This document shows, piece after piece, positions 19,740-29,287 of a stretch of DNA of 64,000 nucleotides. Position numbers and translations under genes: made by a program. Under the pieces are notes generated by a model. That model was not told the origin of the DNA. It searched no databases and saw only the letters and a list, made by a program, of their open reading frames with translations. Source of the DNA: Acidobacteriota bacterium (GTDB lineage Bacteria > Acidobacteriota > Thermoanaerobaculia > Gp7-AA8); contig JAFATB010000025.1 in assembly GCA_019244185.1 (NCBI GenBank), positions 64,001 through 128,000 on the forward strand, written 5' to 3'. Each line of letters starts with the position of its first letter. Positions within the stretch are counted from its first letter, which is position 1.

Positions 19740-20947
19740 ACCGCGTCGCCATCACCGGTGTCGGCATCGTCTCGCCGTTCGGCCGAGGCAAGGCCGCCGC
19801 GCTCGACGCGCTCCGCAACGCGCGCAGCGGCGTGCGCACGATCTCCAGCATCGATCCCGCGCCGCTCGCCTGCCGCATCGCCGGCGAAGTGCCCGCCGAC
19901 GCGCACGAGGGCACGCATCGCGGCCACGACCGCTTCACGCGCTTCGCGCTGCTCGCGGCGGACGAAGCGGCGGAACAGGCGGGAGCGCTCGGCGTCGAAT
20001 CGGACCGCATCGGCGTGCTGATCGGCACGGGGCTCGGCGGCGCGGAGACGCTCGACACGGCGTACCGGCGGCTCTACGGCGAGCAGGCGCGCATCGCGCC
20101 GGCGTCGATTCCGATGACGATGTACAACGCGGCGGCGGCTGCGGTGTCGTCGAAGTTCGCGGCGCGCGGGCTCTCGTACGCGGTCGTCTCCGCGTGCGCG
20201 TCGAGCGCGCATGCGATCGGACTCGCGGCGCAGGCGATCCGCGCGGGACAAGCGGACGCGATGTTCGCCGGCGGCGCCGACGCGCCGCTCACCACCGGCA
20301 TCATCAAGGCGTGGGAAGCGCTGCGCGTCCTTGCCATCGACAACGAGCATCCGGCCGCGGCGTGCCGCCCGTTCAGCGCGGACCGCAAGGGACTCGTGCT
20401 CGCCGAAGGCGCGGCCGTGTTCGTTCTCGAAAACTACGATCGCGCCCGCGCGCGCGGCGCGGAGATCCTCGGCGAGATCGCCGGCTTCGGCGCGACCAGC
20501 GACGCGGGGCACATCACCGATCCATCCGCCGACGGCGCGGCGCGCGCGATCAACCTCGCGCTGCGCGACGCGCACTTGAATCCCGACGACGTCGGCTACA
20601 TCAACGCCCACGGCACCGGCACGCGCGCGAACGATCCGACCGAGACGAGCGCGATCAAGAGCGTCTTCGGCGAACGCGCGCACGATCTCGCGGTGAGCTC
20701 GACGAAGTCGATGCACGGCCACGCGATGGGCGCGTCGGGCGCGATCGAGATCGCGTCGTCGCTCGTCGCACTGCGCGATGGCTTCCTCCCGCCGACGATC
20801 AATCTCAAGACGCCCGACCCGGCGTGCGATCTCGATTACGTCGCCAACCAGCCACGCGAGACGCGCGCGCGGGCGTTCCTCTCCAACTCGTTCGGATTTG
20901 GCGGAATGAACGCGGTCGTGGCAGTCTCTTTGCTAAGTCCCGATTGA
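19736..20947 (+). CDS. Beta-ketoacyl-ACP synthase (FabF/NodE-like)
   Basis: SACASS, NAHGTGT and KSMHGH catalytic Cys-His-His; SNSFGFGG. Confidence 0.92.
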   Translation: MNRVAITGVGIVSPFGRGKAAALDALRNARSGVRTISSIDPAPLACRIAGEVPADAHEGTHRGHDRFTRFALLAADEAAEQAGALGVESDRIGVLIGTGLGGAETLDTAYRRLYGEQARIAPASIPMTMYNAAAAAVSSKFAARGLSYAVVSACASSAHAIGLAAQAIRAGQADAMFAGGADAPLTTGIIKAWEALRVLAIDNEHPAAACRPFSADRKGLVLAEGAAVFVLENYDRARARGAEILGEIAGFGATSDAGHITDPSADGAARAINLALRDAHLNPDDVGYINAHGTGTRANDPTETSAIKSVFGERAHDLAVSSTKSMHGHAMGASGAIEIASSLVALRDGFLPPTINLKTPDPACDLDYVANQPRETRARAFLSNSFGFGGMNAVVAVSLLSPD

Positions 20948-20964
20948 TTCGTTCGGAGGTCGTT

Positions 20965-21339
20965 GTGATCGTAGAAAAGAAGCACCTGGACAACTTCACG
21001 ATTCTGTACGTGGAGGGACTCATCAAGCTCGGCGAGAGCGCCGAATTCTTTTCTTCCGCGCTGGAGAACGTGCTCAAGAACGACAGCACGAACGTCATCG
21101 TCGACTTCACGAAGATCGACTACATCGACTCGACCGGCATCGGTGAGCTCGTCGGCTACCTCGGCAAGTTCACGAGCCAGAACCGCAAGCTGATTCTCGT
21201 CAACCCCTCCGAGCGCATCCAGAAACTGCTCAAGCTCGCCAAGCTCGACGCCGTGTTCAAGATCTACGACACGGAAGACGAGGCGGTGTCGTCCGAGTCG
21301 TCGTCGGCGCCGAATACGGCCACGCCGGCAAGGGCTTAA
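20965..21339 (+). CDS. STAS-domain anti-sigma factor antagonist
   Basis: VDFTKIDYIDSTGIGEL motif; GGAGG SD. Confidence 0.9.
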   Translation: MIVEKKHLDNFTILYVEGLIKLGESAEFFSSALENVLKNDSTNVIVDFTKIDYIDSTGIGELVGYLGKFTSQNRKLILVNPSERIQKLLKLAKLDAVFKIYDTEDEAVSSESSSAPNTATPARA

Positions 21340-21342
21340 CCA

Positions 21343-21415
21343 GGAGCGCCTCCGGCGGGCCGGCGCGGCCGGCTGCGCTTAGGGCATAGCCTATTCGCAC
21401 GTGCGGCTGCCTGAA
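21343..21415 (+). repeat. REP-like ~70-bp GC-rich element, copy 1 (single)
   Basis: GGAGCGCCTCCGGCGGGCCGGCGCGGCCGGC..TAGCC..CGCACGTGCGGCTGC matches copies at 35757 and 37938. Confidence 0.88.
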
Positions 21416-21421
21416 GACGGG

Positions 21422-22258
21422 CTACGGTAAGTACGCGCTCGTCGGGACCAGGCAGTAGCGCGGGTGCTCGGCGAACAGCGCCTTGAGGATCGGCTGATGT
21501 CCGGCGCCGATGAGCAAGAGGATGCGGTCGTCGGGCGCGGTGATCTCGAGGATGTTCGTCGCGATGCGCAGATTGCGCTTGTACCAGTTCGTGGCCTCGT
21601 CCGTGTTCTCGTAGAGCGCGACGCCGCTGCCCGGCTCGAGGTTCGCGATCACGTCCCACTGCTGGTTGCGCGCGTAACGCTCGGGCGTGTTGAGGTAGCC
21701 GAGGAACGAGGCGACGGTGCCCGCGCGCAGGCGCTGGTCGTCGTCGGCGACGACCGCGCGGATCTCGCGCATGCGCGGCGAGTCGTCTGCCGCTTTCGTC
21801 TCTGCCGACGCTGGCTTCGGCTTCGGCTCGTGCATCTCCGCCGGGGTGATGCCGCTCATCCACATCGGATAGTCAACGCCCCACACCTTTTCGTGATTGA
21901 GCTTGGCCGCAAGGCGGAAGCCGATCTGCTCGATCTCGTTGCGCGAGAGCGTGTACGTGCCGGCACGGTACTCGGCGTAATGCGCGAGCAGCGGCGAGGT
22001 GCGCGATGCTTCGACGGCGACCTTCGTCGGGTGGAATCGCGCGAGCTTCTCGACGACGTCCGCGATCTCGCGCTGCCGCCGCGCGGAGAGCACGTCGTCC
22101 GCCTCGAGGTTCACCGCATCCTGCCCGGGGTTGCTCATGTGATACGTGCCGAGGATCAGGATCGGTGTGCGGCCGGCAGGACACGGCGGCGGCGCCTGCG
22201 CGACGAGCGGAAGCGCGAGCAGCAGCGAGCAGAGGAGCGAGAGGCGCGCCATCGTCAT
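21422..22258 (-). CDS. Secreted DUF5694-like protein
   Basis: Signal peptide; ILGTYHMSNPG, RNEIEQIGFRLA, WYKRNLRI, LIGAGH. Confidence 0.7.
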   Translation of the reverse strand: MTMARLSLLCSLLLALPLVAQAPPPCPAGRTPILILGTYHMSNPGQDAVNLEADDVLSARRQREIADVVEKLARFHPTKVAVEASRTSPLLAHYAEYRAGTYTLSRNEIEQIGFRLAAKLNHEKVWGVDYPMWMSGITPAEMHEPKPKPASAETKAADDSPRMREIRAVVADDDQRLRAGTVASFLGYLNTPERYARNQQWDVIANLEPGSGVALYENTDEATNWYKRNLRIATNILEITAPDDRILLLIGAGHQPILKALFAEHPRYCLVPTSAYLP

Positions 22259-22317
22259 CGTTCGCATACGGGGTTCCAGACGCTCGCGTAGTCGTTTCGT
22301 TAGACTGCACGCGCACG

Positions 22318-23388
22318 ATGAGCACCGTACTGACGCGCGTATTTCGCGGAGCGCATCTCGAGTCGCTGCACCGCGGCTCGGTCGCCGTCGTCGATTCGCG
22401 CGGAACGCTCCTCGCCTTTACCGGCGATCCGTCGCTGCGCGCGTGCCTGCGCTCGTCGGCGAAACCGTTTCAGGCGCTGCCGCTTCTCGAGTACGGCGGC
22501 GCGGCCGAATACGAGCTGACCGGCGAAGAGCTCGCGCTCACGTGCGCGTCGCACGGCGGCGAGCCGGTGCACGTCGCGACGGCGGCGGCGCTGCTACGCA
22601 AGGGCGACTTCGATGAGAGCGATCTCCTCTGCGGCGCGCATCTGCCGTACGATGAGAAAGCGGTCGCGGAGCTGCGCGCGTCGGGCGAGCCGCCATCGCC
22701 GCTGCACAACAACTGCTCGGGCAAGCACGCCGGCATGCTGCTCGCGACGCAGGTGATGGACGTGCCGTCCGCGCGCTACATCGACGCCGAGCATCCGCTG
22801 CAGCGCCTCATGCACGCGACGCTCGCCGACTTCGCCGGTCTCACGCCCGACGAAATCCCGACCGCGACGGACGGCTGCGGCGTGCCCGCGTACTTCCTCT
22901 CGCTCTACCGCACCGCGCTCGCGTACGCGCGCCTCATGGCCACCGCGGAAGCATCGGGCACCGCCGGCGCGCTCGAGCGCTACGAGGAAAGCGCGGGACA
23001 GATCGTCGAGTCGATGACCGCGTTCCCCTACTACGTCGCCGGCTCGTGGAGCATGACTACGCCGCTCCTCGCCGCGTTCGGCGGCGAGCTGCTCGCGAAG
23101 GAAGGCGCGGAAGGTTTTTACGCGATGGCGCTCGCGCCGTCGCTCCGCGCCGAATTGACCGCGCGCCTGCGCGTCGCGGATGATGTCGCCATCGGAATCG
23201 CACTGAAGCTCGACGACGGCAACATGGACCGCGGCCGCAATCCCGCCATCCTCCGCACGCTCGAGCTCCTCGGCATCGATCCCGACGCGCGCCCCGAGTT
23301 GCTGCCCTATCGTCAGACCGCGCTCTACAACCCGGCCGGCACGTACGTCGGCGACATTCGTGCAGACTTCGATCTGGAGGTTCTGTGA
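22318..23388 (+). CDS. Class 3 (Rhizobium-type) L-asparaginase
   Basis: RSSAKPFQA, CASHGGE, HNNCSGKHAG, DGCG motifs. Confidence 0.85.
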   Translation: MSTVLTRVFRGAHLESLHRGSVAVVDSRGTLLAFTGDPSLRACLRSSAKPFQALPLLEYGGAAEYELTGEELALTCASHGGEPVHVATAAALLRKGDFDESDLLCGAHLPYDEKAVAELRASGEPPSPLHNNCSGKHAGMLLATQVMDVPSARYIDAEHPLQRLMHATLADFAGLTPDEIPTATDGCGVPAYFLSLYRTALAYARLMATAEASGTAGALERYEESAGQIVESMTAFPYYVAGSWSMTTPLLAAFGGELLAKEGAEGFYAMALAPSLRAELTARLRVADDVAIGIALKLDDGNMDRGRNPAILRTLELLGIDPDARPELLPYRQTALYNPAGTYVGDIRADFDLEVL

Positions 23389-23810
23389 CCCGCATTCTCA
23401 AGTTCTGCCTTCTGCCTTCTGCCCTCTGCCTTCTGTTGTCCGCCTGTAAAACGGTCGGCGTCTCGACGACCGCGGGCGGCTTCGCCGAGGTCTCGCCGAC
23501 GATCGCGAATGAAATGATTCTCGATTCGCGGCAGGTCGTGATCCTCGACGTGCGTCCGGCGTCCGCGTATCGCGGTCCCGAAGGACACGTCGCGAGCGCG
23601 CTCAGCGCGCCCTTCGAGACCATCGAGCGGCAGTTGCCGGAGCTGCTGCCGTATCAGAACCAGACCGTTCTCATCTACGGTGAGACCGATGCCGACGGCG
23701 AGCTCGCGGCAAAGCTTCTCAGCCTCGCCGGCTTCCGCAACGTCGTACACGTGTCGGGCGGTCTGCGCGCGTGGATTGAACGCGGCTATCGCACTGTTAA
23801 CGCGCAATGA
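23385..23810 (+). CDS. Rhodanese-like lipoprotein lacking the catalytic Cys
   Basis: LLLSAC lipobox; ILDVR..GHV..A; GGLRAW; IYGETD where CxxG is expected. Confidence 0.8.
   Translation: MTRILKFCLLPSALCLLLSACKTVGVSTTAGGFAEVSPTIANEMILDSRQVVILDVRPASAYRGPEGHVASALSAPFETIERQLPELLPYQNQTVLIYGETDADGELAAKLLSLAGFRNVVHVSGGLRAWIERGYRTVNAQ
23395..23435 (+). repeat. Heptamer repeat arm (TTCTCAA-g-[TTCTGCC]n) within a signal peptide
   Basis: TTCTGCC x3, CTCTGCC, TTCTG. Confidence 0.8.
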
Positions 23811-24940
23811 TCATGAAACGAGCTCTTCTCGGAATCGCGATTCTCGTCCTGCCGTACAGCGCCCACGCCCAGCAGAAAATGGACGCGGCCACGCTGCGCA
23901 ACTACGCCGCGAAAGCGCTGCCGCGCTGTCCCGGCGGCATCCTGACGCTCGACCCGATTGCCACCGGTCCGCGCAACTTCACCGCGTACACCGCGACGCT
24001 GCGCTCGTCCGATCAGTACTGCGGACAGCAGAAGTACCTGCTGTTCTCGCCGTCGACGCAACAGATCATCATCGGCAGCGTGATCGAGCTGCCCGCCGAC
24101 GGCCGCCCCGCCGCCGCGCGCGTGACGCAGAAGGGCTCGGAGCTCCTCGGCAAGCAGGTCACGGCGACGGTCGCGCCGTTCCCGCTGCCCGACGGACTCA
24201 AGGCCGTCACCATCTCGCGCGAGACGCCGAACGGCTCGTTCGGCTATCACGGCTTCATCGACGCGTCCGAGCAGTACCTCATCGTCGGCATGCGCGGCAA
24301 TCTCAACACCGATCCCGCGAAGACGCTGCGCGACACGCTCGGTACCGGCACCGCGGTCCGCCGCGGCAACGCGAAGTCGCCGCTCGAGATCATCGAGCTC
24401 TCCGACTTCGAGTGCCCCACCTGCGGCCGCGCGCACGGGCTCGTCGAGCCGATCATCCGCAAGAGTCTCGACAAGATCAACTACGCGCGCCTCGATCTCC
24501 CGCTCTTCGAAATGCACGAATGGGCACTGTCGGCAGCCATGGGCGCGCGCGCCATCCAGCGCGTGGCGCCGGCGAAGTACTGGGATTACGTCGACTACGT
24601 CTTCAAGAATCAGGAGACCATCGGCAAGCAGCAGATCGACAAGTTCGTGCAGAACTACTGCGAGGACCACGACATCGACTGGAACGCCGCGCAGAAGATC
24701 TACACGTCGAAAACCGAGCGCCAGGCGCTCCTCGATCAGGTCAGCCGCGCCTTCGCCATCGGCGTGGCGTCGACGCCGACGTACATCGTGAACGGCCAGA
24801 TCCTCGGCTTCGGCCCCGAAGGCGCGTTCACGATCGAACAGATCAAGAACGCGATCGCGGCCACCCCCGACACGCCGGCGAAAGCGAGCACCAAGCCGGC
24901 CGCGAAACCGCCGGTGAAGAGCACGAAGAAGCCGAAGTAG
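23807..24940 (+). CDS. DsbA/thioredoxin-fold periplasmic oxidoreductase
   Basis: Signal peptide; SDFECPTC (CxxC); GVASTPT (cis-Pro). Confidence 0.85.
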   Translation: MIMKRALLGIAILVLPYSAHAQQKMDAATLRNYAAKALPRCPGGILTLDPIATGPRNFTAYTATLRSSDQYCGQQKYLLFSPSTQQIIIGSVIELPADGRPAAARVTQKGSELLGKQVTATVAPFPLPDGLKAVTISRETPNGSFGYHGFIDASEQYLIVGMRGNLNTDPAKTLRDTLGTGTAVRRGNAKSPLEIIELSDFECPTCGRAHGLVEPIIRKSLDKINYARLDLPLFEMHEWALSAAMGARAIQRVAPAKYWDYVDYVFKNQETIGKQQIDKFVQNYCEDHDIDWNAAQKIYTSKTERQALLDQVSRAFAIGVASTPTYIVNGQILGFGPEGAFTIEQIKNAIAATPDTPAKASTKPAAKPPVKSTKKPK

Positions 24941-25684
24941 CTACAGGCCGAAACTGATCTTCGCGGCGTAGCTCCGCTTCTCCGCCTGCGTCGCCTCGAT
25001 GACGATCTTCGGCAGGAGCAGCGAGAGCTTCAGCCCGAGCGTGACGCGCTGGTCTTCGTGCCGGTCGCGGAAGACGAGCTCCGGCGTCGTCACGCGTCCC
25101 TCGGCGTTGCTGCGCGCGCGGCCATACGCGGCGTACGGCGTCAGCGGTCCGAAGCCTTTCGAGAGGAAGACCTCGACGCCGTACGTCTTGAGATCGTAGT
25201 TGTCGACGCCCCGGAGCTTCGCGTACGAGCCGCGCAGGGCGAGTGTCGGCTTCAGCAGACCGCCGTTGATGATCGGCACGTCGAGGGCGCCGCCCCAGAC
25301 GTTGATGCTGCTCCCCTGCACGCGCGAGTACATCGCGGAGATCGTCGCCGACGAGAGTCCTTTCGACACGACGACGCGCGGCACGGCGACGTAGTTGCTG
25401 ATCGAGAAGTCGTCGTTCACCGCGTGCTGCCAGTACGCGGCGTTCGTGTCGACCGGCACCGCCGTCGCGGCGACGCCGACGTCGAAGCCGAGGATGCCGC
25501 GAGCGCGCGCCGGCTCGACGGGAGTCGCGTAGATGCCCTGCGCGACGAGGCGCGAGAAGGTCGAGAACTCCTGCTGCGTCGTCGCCGGATCGAAGGAGAT
25601 GTCCTCGTTCTGCGCGAACGCAAAGGGCGCCAGCGCGCAGAGGATCAGAAGAGCTGCGACATGAGCTCGTTGCTTTGCAGAAAT
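24941..25684 (-). CDS. Putative outer-membrane beta-barrel protein (start uncertain)
   Basis: AFA|Q signal cleavage, alternating beta strands, C-terminal KISFGL; no ATG/GTG near the signal peptide. Confidence 0.6.
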   Translation of the reverse strand: MSAKQRAHVAALLILCALAPFAFAQNEDISFDPATTQQEFSTFSRLVAQGIYATPVEPARARGILGFDVGVAATAVPVDTNAAYWQHAVNDDFSISNYVAVPRVVVSKGLSSATISAMYSRVQGSSINVWGGALDVPIINGGLLKPTLALRGSYAKLRGVDNYDLKTYGVEVFLSKGFGPLTPYAAYGRARSNAEGRVTTPELVFRDRHEDQRVTLGLKLSLLLPKIVIEATQAEKRSYAAKISFGL

Positions 25685-26736
25685 CCCGCGGGCGTGAACG
25701 CGACGCTCCCGCCCACCCGATGCAGCCACCCGTCCTTCAGTCCACGTTCCGTCCATTCGATGCCCTCCTGCCCGCATAGCTCCACGAGCCGCGCATAGTG
25801 TAAGCCGGAGGTCTGGCGCAGCCCGAGGAAGATCGCCTCGCGACGAACTTCATCGGCGCCGAGCGTTTCGTGGAAGTCGCGCGCGTGCGGCGCGGCGTCG
25901 ATGTAGCGGCGAAGGTCGCGCGTATTCGCGAAGCGCTCGCCGCCGATGAACGAGTGCGCGCCGAGGCCGAAGCCGTGATATTCGCCGCGCGTCCAATAGC
26001 GAAGGTTGTGGCGGCAGATCTCGCCGTCGCGCGCGAAATTGCTGATCTCGTACTGCGCGAGCCCCGCGCGCGCGAGACGTTCGATCGCGTCGACGTACAG
26101 CGTCGCCACGAGGTCGTCGTCCGGCAACGTCACGCGCCCGCGCTCGACCTGCACGCCGAGCGGCGTCTTCTCGTCGAGGTCGAGCATGTATAGCGAGAGA
26201 TGCCCCGCGCCGAGGTCGACCGCGGTGTCGAGCGTCTCGCGAAACGACTCGGATGTCTGTCCCGGCAACCCGAGCATGAGATCGAGGTTCGTGCGCATGC
26301 CGCTCGCGGCGACGGCGCGGATCGCCTCGATCGCGCGCACGCGATCGTGCACGCGCGCAATCGCGCGCAGCTCGTCGTCGTGAAACGACTGCACGCCGAT
26401 GGAGACGCGATTCACGCCGAGCGCGCGCCACCCCTCGATCGCATCCGAGGTCACGTCCTCGGGATTCGCCTCGATCGAAAGCTCCGCATCATCCGCGATC
26501 GCGAATCGCTCGCGCAGCCGCGCAAACACGCGCTCGAGCAACGCGACTGAAGTCCGCGACGGCGTCCCCCCGCCAAAGTACACCGTGCCCACCGCGCTGC
26601 CCCGCGGCGCCGCCTCGATCTCGCGCAGCAACGCCTCGACGTACGCCTCCTGCTGCGAGAGATCGGTCGAGATCGCGAACGGGCAGTAGGTGCAGTGGGT
26701 GTGGCAGAACGGGAGGTGGAGGTAGAGGGAGAACAT
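25645..26736 (-). CDS. hemW: Radical SAM heme chaperone HemW
   Basis: SLYLHLPFCHTHCTYC, FGGGTPS, YEISNFA, HNLRYW. Confidence 0.88.
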   Translation of the reverse strand: MFSLYLHLPFCHTHCTYCPFAISTDLSQQEAYVEALLREIEAAPRGSAVGTVYFGGGTPSRTSVALLERVFARLRERFAIADDAELSIEANPEDVTSDAIEGWRALGVNRVSIGVQSFHDDELRAIARVHDRVRAIEAIRAVAASGMRTNLDLMLGLPGQTSESFRETLDTAVDLGAGHLSLYMLDLDEKTPLGVQVERGRVTLPDDDLVATLYVDAIERLARAGLAQYEISNFARDGEICRHNLRYWTRGEYHGFGLGAHSFIGGERFANTRDLRRYIDAAPHARDFHETLGADEVRREAIFLGLRQTSGLHYARLVELCGQEGIEWTERGLKDGWLHRVGGSVAFTPAGFLQSNELMSQLF

Positions 26737-26737
26737 C

Positions 26738-26826
26738 GAATGCAGAACGCAGAATGAAGAATTGAGAATTCGCGCCGTGCGCGCTTTCTTCATTCTGCAT
26801 TCTGCGTTCTGCATTCTTCATTCATC
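26738..26826 (-). repeat. Heptamer foldback element, copy 1
   Basis: (GAATGCA/GAACGCA/GAATGAA)n arm, GC-rich loop, (TTCTTCA/TTCTGCA/TTCTGCG)n arm. Confidence 0.88.
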
Positions 26827-26848
26827 GTTCCCTTATACTTTTCCCGCA

Positions 26849-28573
26849 ATGCCCTCCCTCCCCGCTCCCCGCCCCCGTCTTCTCTGGACTCTCCTCGGAG
26901 CCATGGTGCTGGTGGGGCTGTTGCCGCTCGTCGTCTCGCACTACTTTCTGATCGGCATCAACCGCGAGTCGCTCGAGACGCTGGAGAAGAAGTATCTGAC
27001 GCGCTCCGCGGTCGGGATCGCGGACGATCTCGAGAACCTCCTCGCGAGCAATCATCAGCAGCTGGCGCAGATCGGCGGGAGCATCCGCATGATGCGCGAG
27101 GCGCTGCCGGCGGGCACGGATCCCTTCACGCAATCGGGGCAGGGACGCTGGATCGCCGACTTCATCACGCCGGACAGCGATCTCATCGCGCTGCGCGCGC
27201 TCAACACGGGCGGCACCGGCGCGGAGGCGATGCCCGCGGAGATCGACGCGGCGGTGCTCAAGGAAATGAACCTCGCGCGCGACGTCGCGCTCGCGGGGCA
27301 GGAATCGACCGGGCACATCATCGAGCTCGCGTCGACGAATCAACCCGCGGTGGTGCTCTCCGTCCCCGTGAAGGACGGCAACACGATCGTCGGCGCGGTC
27401 GTGGGACTCGTGAGCCTGCGCCGCATCGTCGAGCGCGTGCGCGAAGAAGGCAAAGGCGACGTCGCCGCGTTCCTCGTCGACCGCGACGGACGCGTCCTCA
27501 TCCACAGCGAGCCGTCGATCGAAGTGCAGCATCCGAGCTACGCGAACCTGAAGATCGTGCAGGACTTCATGCGCGCGCCGCTGCGGCTCACGGAGTCGTA
27601 TCAGGAGTCGCGCGACGGCCGGACGGTGAAGCTCCTCGGCACCGTCGCACCGGCGCGGCCGAACGTCGGCGTCATCGTGCAGAAGCCGGAAGCGCGCGCC
27701 TTCGCGTCGGTCGATCAGATGATCCGCGCGACGATCCAGTGGGGCGCGATCGCGCTGCTCCTCGCCATCGCGTTCTCGACCTTCTTCGCGTCCGGCATCG
27801 CGCGGCCGATCCGCGTCCTCGCCGAACGCACGCGCGAGATCGCGCAAGGCAACTACCAGCAGCGCGTCGCGCTGAAGACGCACAACGAGATCGGCGACCT
27901 CGCGCAGAACTTCAACGTGATGTCGGAGTCGATCGAGCACGCGGTCGAACAGCTCAAACGCGCCGCGCACGAGAATCATCTGCTCTTCATCAACTCCGTG
28001 CGCATGCTCGCCGCCGCGATCGACGCGAAGGATCCGTACACGCGCGGCCATTCCGAACGCGTCGCGCGCTACTCGATCGGCATCGGCAAGAACCTCGGCC
28101 TGCCTGACAAAGAGATGCGCGACCTCCGCATCAGCGCGCTGCTGCACGACGTCGGCAAGATCGGCATCGACGACCGCATCCTGCGCAAGCCCGGCGCGCT
28201 CAGCGACGACGAGTTCGATATCATGAAGCAGCATCCCGCGAAGGGCGCGGCGATCATGGCCGGCGTCGCGCAGCTGATCGACATCATCCCGGGCATGAAG
28301 TACCACCACGAGAAGTGGTCCGGCGGCGGCTATCCCGACGGCCTCGAAGGCGAACAGATTCCGGTGCAGGCGCGCATCGTGGCCATCGCCGACACGTTCG
28401 ACGCGATGACGACGAACCGTCCGTATCAGAAGGCGATGGAGCTCGGCTACGTCGTCGAGAAGATCAAGAGCTTCGCCGGCACGCGCTTCGATCCGCGCGT
28501 GGTCGAGGCGTTCGTGCAGGCCGTCAAGCGCGGCGACATCCAGATCGACGAGCAAGTGCGAGGCGCCGCCTGA
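26849..28573 (+). CDS. Cache/HAMP/HD-GYP cyclic dinucleotide phosphodiesterase
   Basis: Two TM segments, HAMP, TRGHSERV, LHDVGKIG, HHEKWSGGGYPDG. Confidence 0.9.
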   Translation: MPSLPAPRPRLLWTLLGAMVLVGLLPLVVSHYFLIGINRESLETLEKKYLTRSAVGIADDLENLLASNHQQLAQIGGSIRMMREALPAGTDPFTQSGQGRWIADFITPDSDLIALRALNTGGTGAEAMPAEIDAAVLKEMNLARDVALAGQESTGHIIELASTNQPAVVLSVPVKDGNTIVGAVVGLVSLRRIVERVREEGKGDVAAFLVDRDGRVLIHSEPSIEVQHPSYANLKIVQDFMRAPLRLTESYQESRDGRTVKLLGTVAPARPNVGVIVQKPEARAFASVDQMIRATIQWGAIALLLAIAFSTFFASGIARPIRVLAERTREIAQGNYQQRVALKTHNEIGDLAQNFNVMSESIEHAVEQLKRAAHENHLLFINSVRMLAAAIDAKDPYTRGHSERVARYSIGIGKNLGLPDKEMRDLRISALLHDVGKIGIDDRILRKPGALSDDEFDIMKQHPAKGAAIMAGVAQLIDIIPGMKYHHEKWSGGGYPDGLEGEQIPVQARIVAIADTFDAMTTNRPYQKAMELGYVVEKIKSFAGTRFDPRVVEAFVQAVKRGDIQIDEQVRGAA

Positions 28574-29283
28574 CCCGGCTTCTCCTCGCGCTGCTCGTTG
28601 CCGTTCCTCTCTTCGCCGCGTCGAGCTCCGCCTGCGACCGCAGCGTCTCGTACATCCTGCGCGGCGAGTACGACGCGGCGCTGAAGCAACTGCAGGGCGC
28701 GAAAGCCTCCGGCGGATCCGCCGCCGAGCTCGAAGATCTCCGCGGACTCGCGCAGCTGCTCGCTGGCGACGCGCGCGGCGCGCTGGCGAGCTTCGACCGC
28801 GCGCTCGCGTTGCAGCCGAAGCTCGACTCCGCGCGCCTCAATCGCGGCGTGGCGCTGCTGCAGCTCGGCCAGTACGCGAACGCGTCGGCGCAGCTCGAAG
28901 CGCTCTTCGCCGACGAGCACGCGGCGCATCGCGCCGACGCCGCGTATCACGACGCCATCGCCCTCGATCGCCTCGGCCGCGCCGCCGATGCCGAGGCGTG
29001 GCTCGACAAGGCACGCGCACTCGATGAGACGCTCGACGCCGCGCTGCTCTATCAGGGCGCGCTGCGCGAGCGCCGCGGCGACCTGCAGTCTGCCGGCCGC
29101 GCGTATCTCGCGTACCTCAACGCGCATCCCGACTCGACGCAGGCGATGCTGCGCTTCGGTCTCGCCGCGCAGAAGTCGGGACGCATCGACGTCGCGAAAC
29201 AATATCTGCAGAAAGTCATCGCGCAGGCGCCGCGCTCGCTCGACGCGGTCGAGGCGCGGAAGTACCTCGTGCTGTGGGAGTAG
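28570..29283 (+). CDS. Secreted TPR protein (possible CTG start)
   Basis: Signal peptide LTRLLLALLVAVPLFA; TPR repeats (ALASFDRALALQP, ARLNRGVAL). Confidence 0.75.
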   Translation: MTRLLLALLVAVPLFAASSSACDRSVSYILRGEYDAALKQLQGAKASGGSAAELEDLRGLAQLLAGDARGALASFDRALALQPKLDSARLNRGVALLQLGQYANASAQLEALFADEHAAHRADAAYHDAIALDRLGRAADAEAWLDKARALDETLDAALLYQGALRERRGDLQSAGRAYLAYLNAHPDSTQAMLRFGLAAQKSGRIDVAKQYLQKVIAQAPRSLDAVEARKYLVLWE

Positions 29284-29287
29284 CCGC

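Noticed and set aside
21343-21415. REP-like element as a self-cleaving ribozyme or tRNA
   Set aside because: No hammerhead core (CUGAnGA/GAAA) and no tRNA T-loop or CCA visible; an Rfam search would be needed
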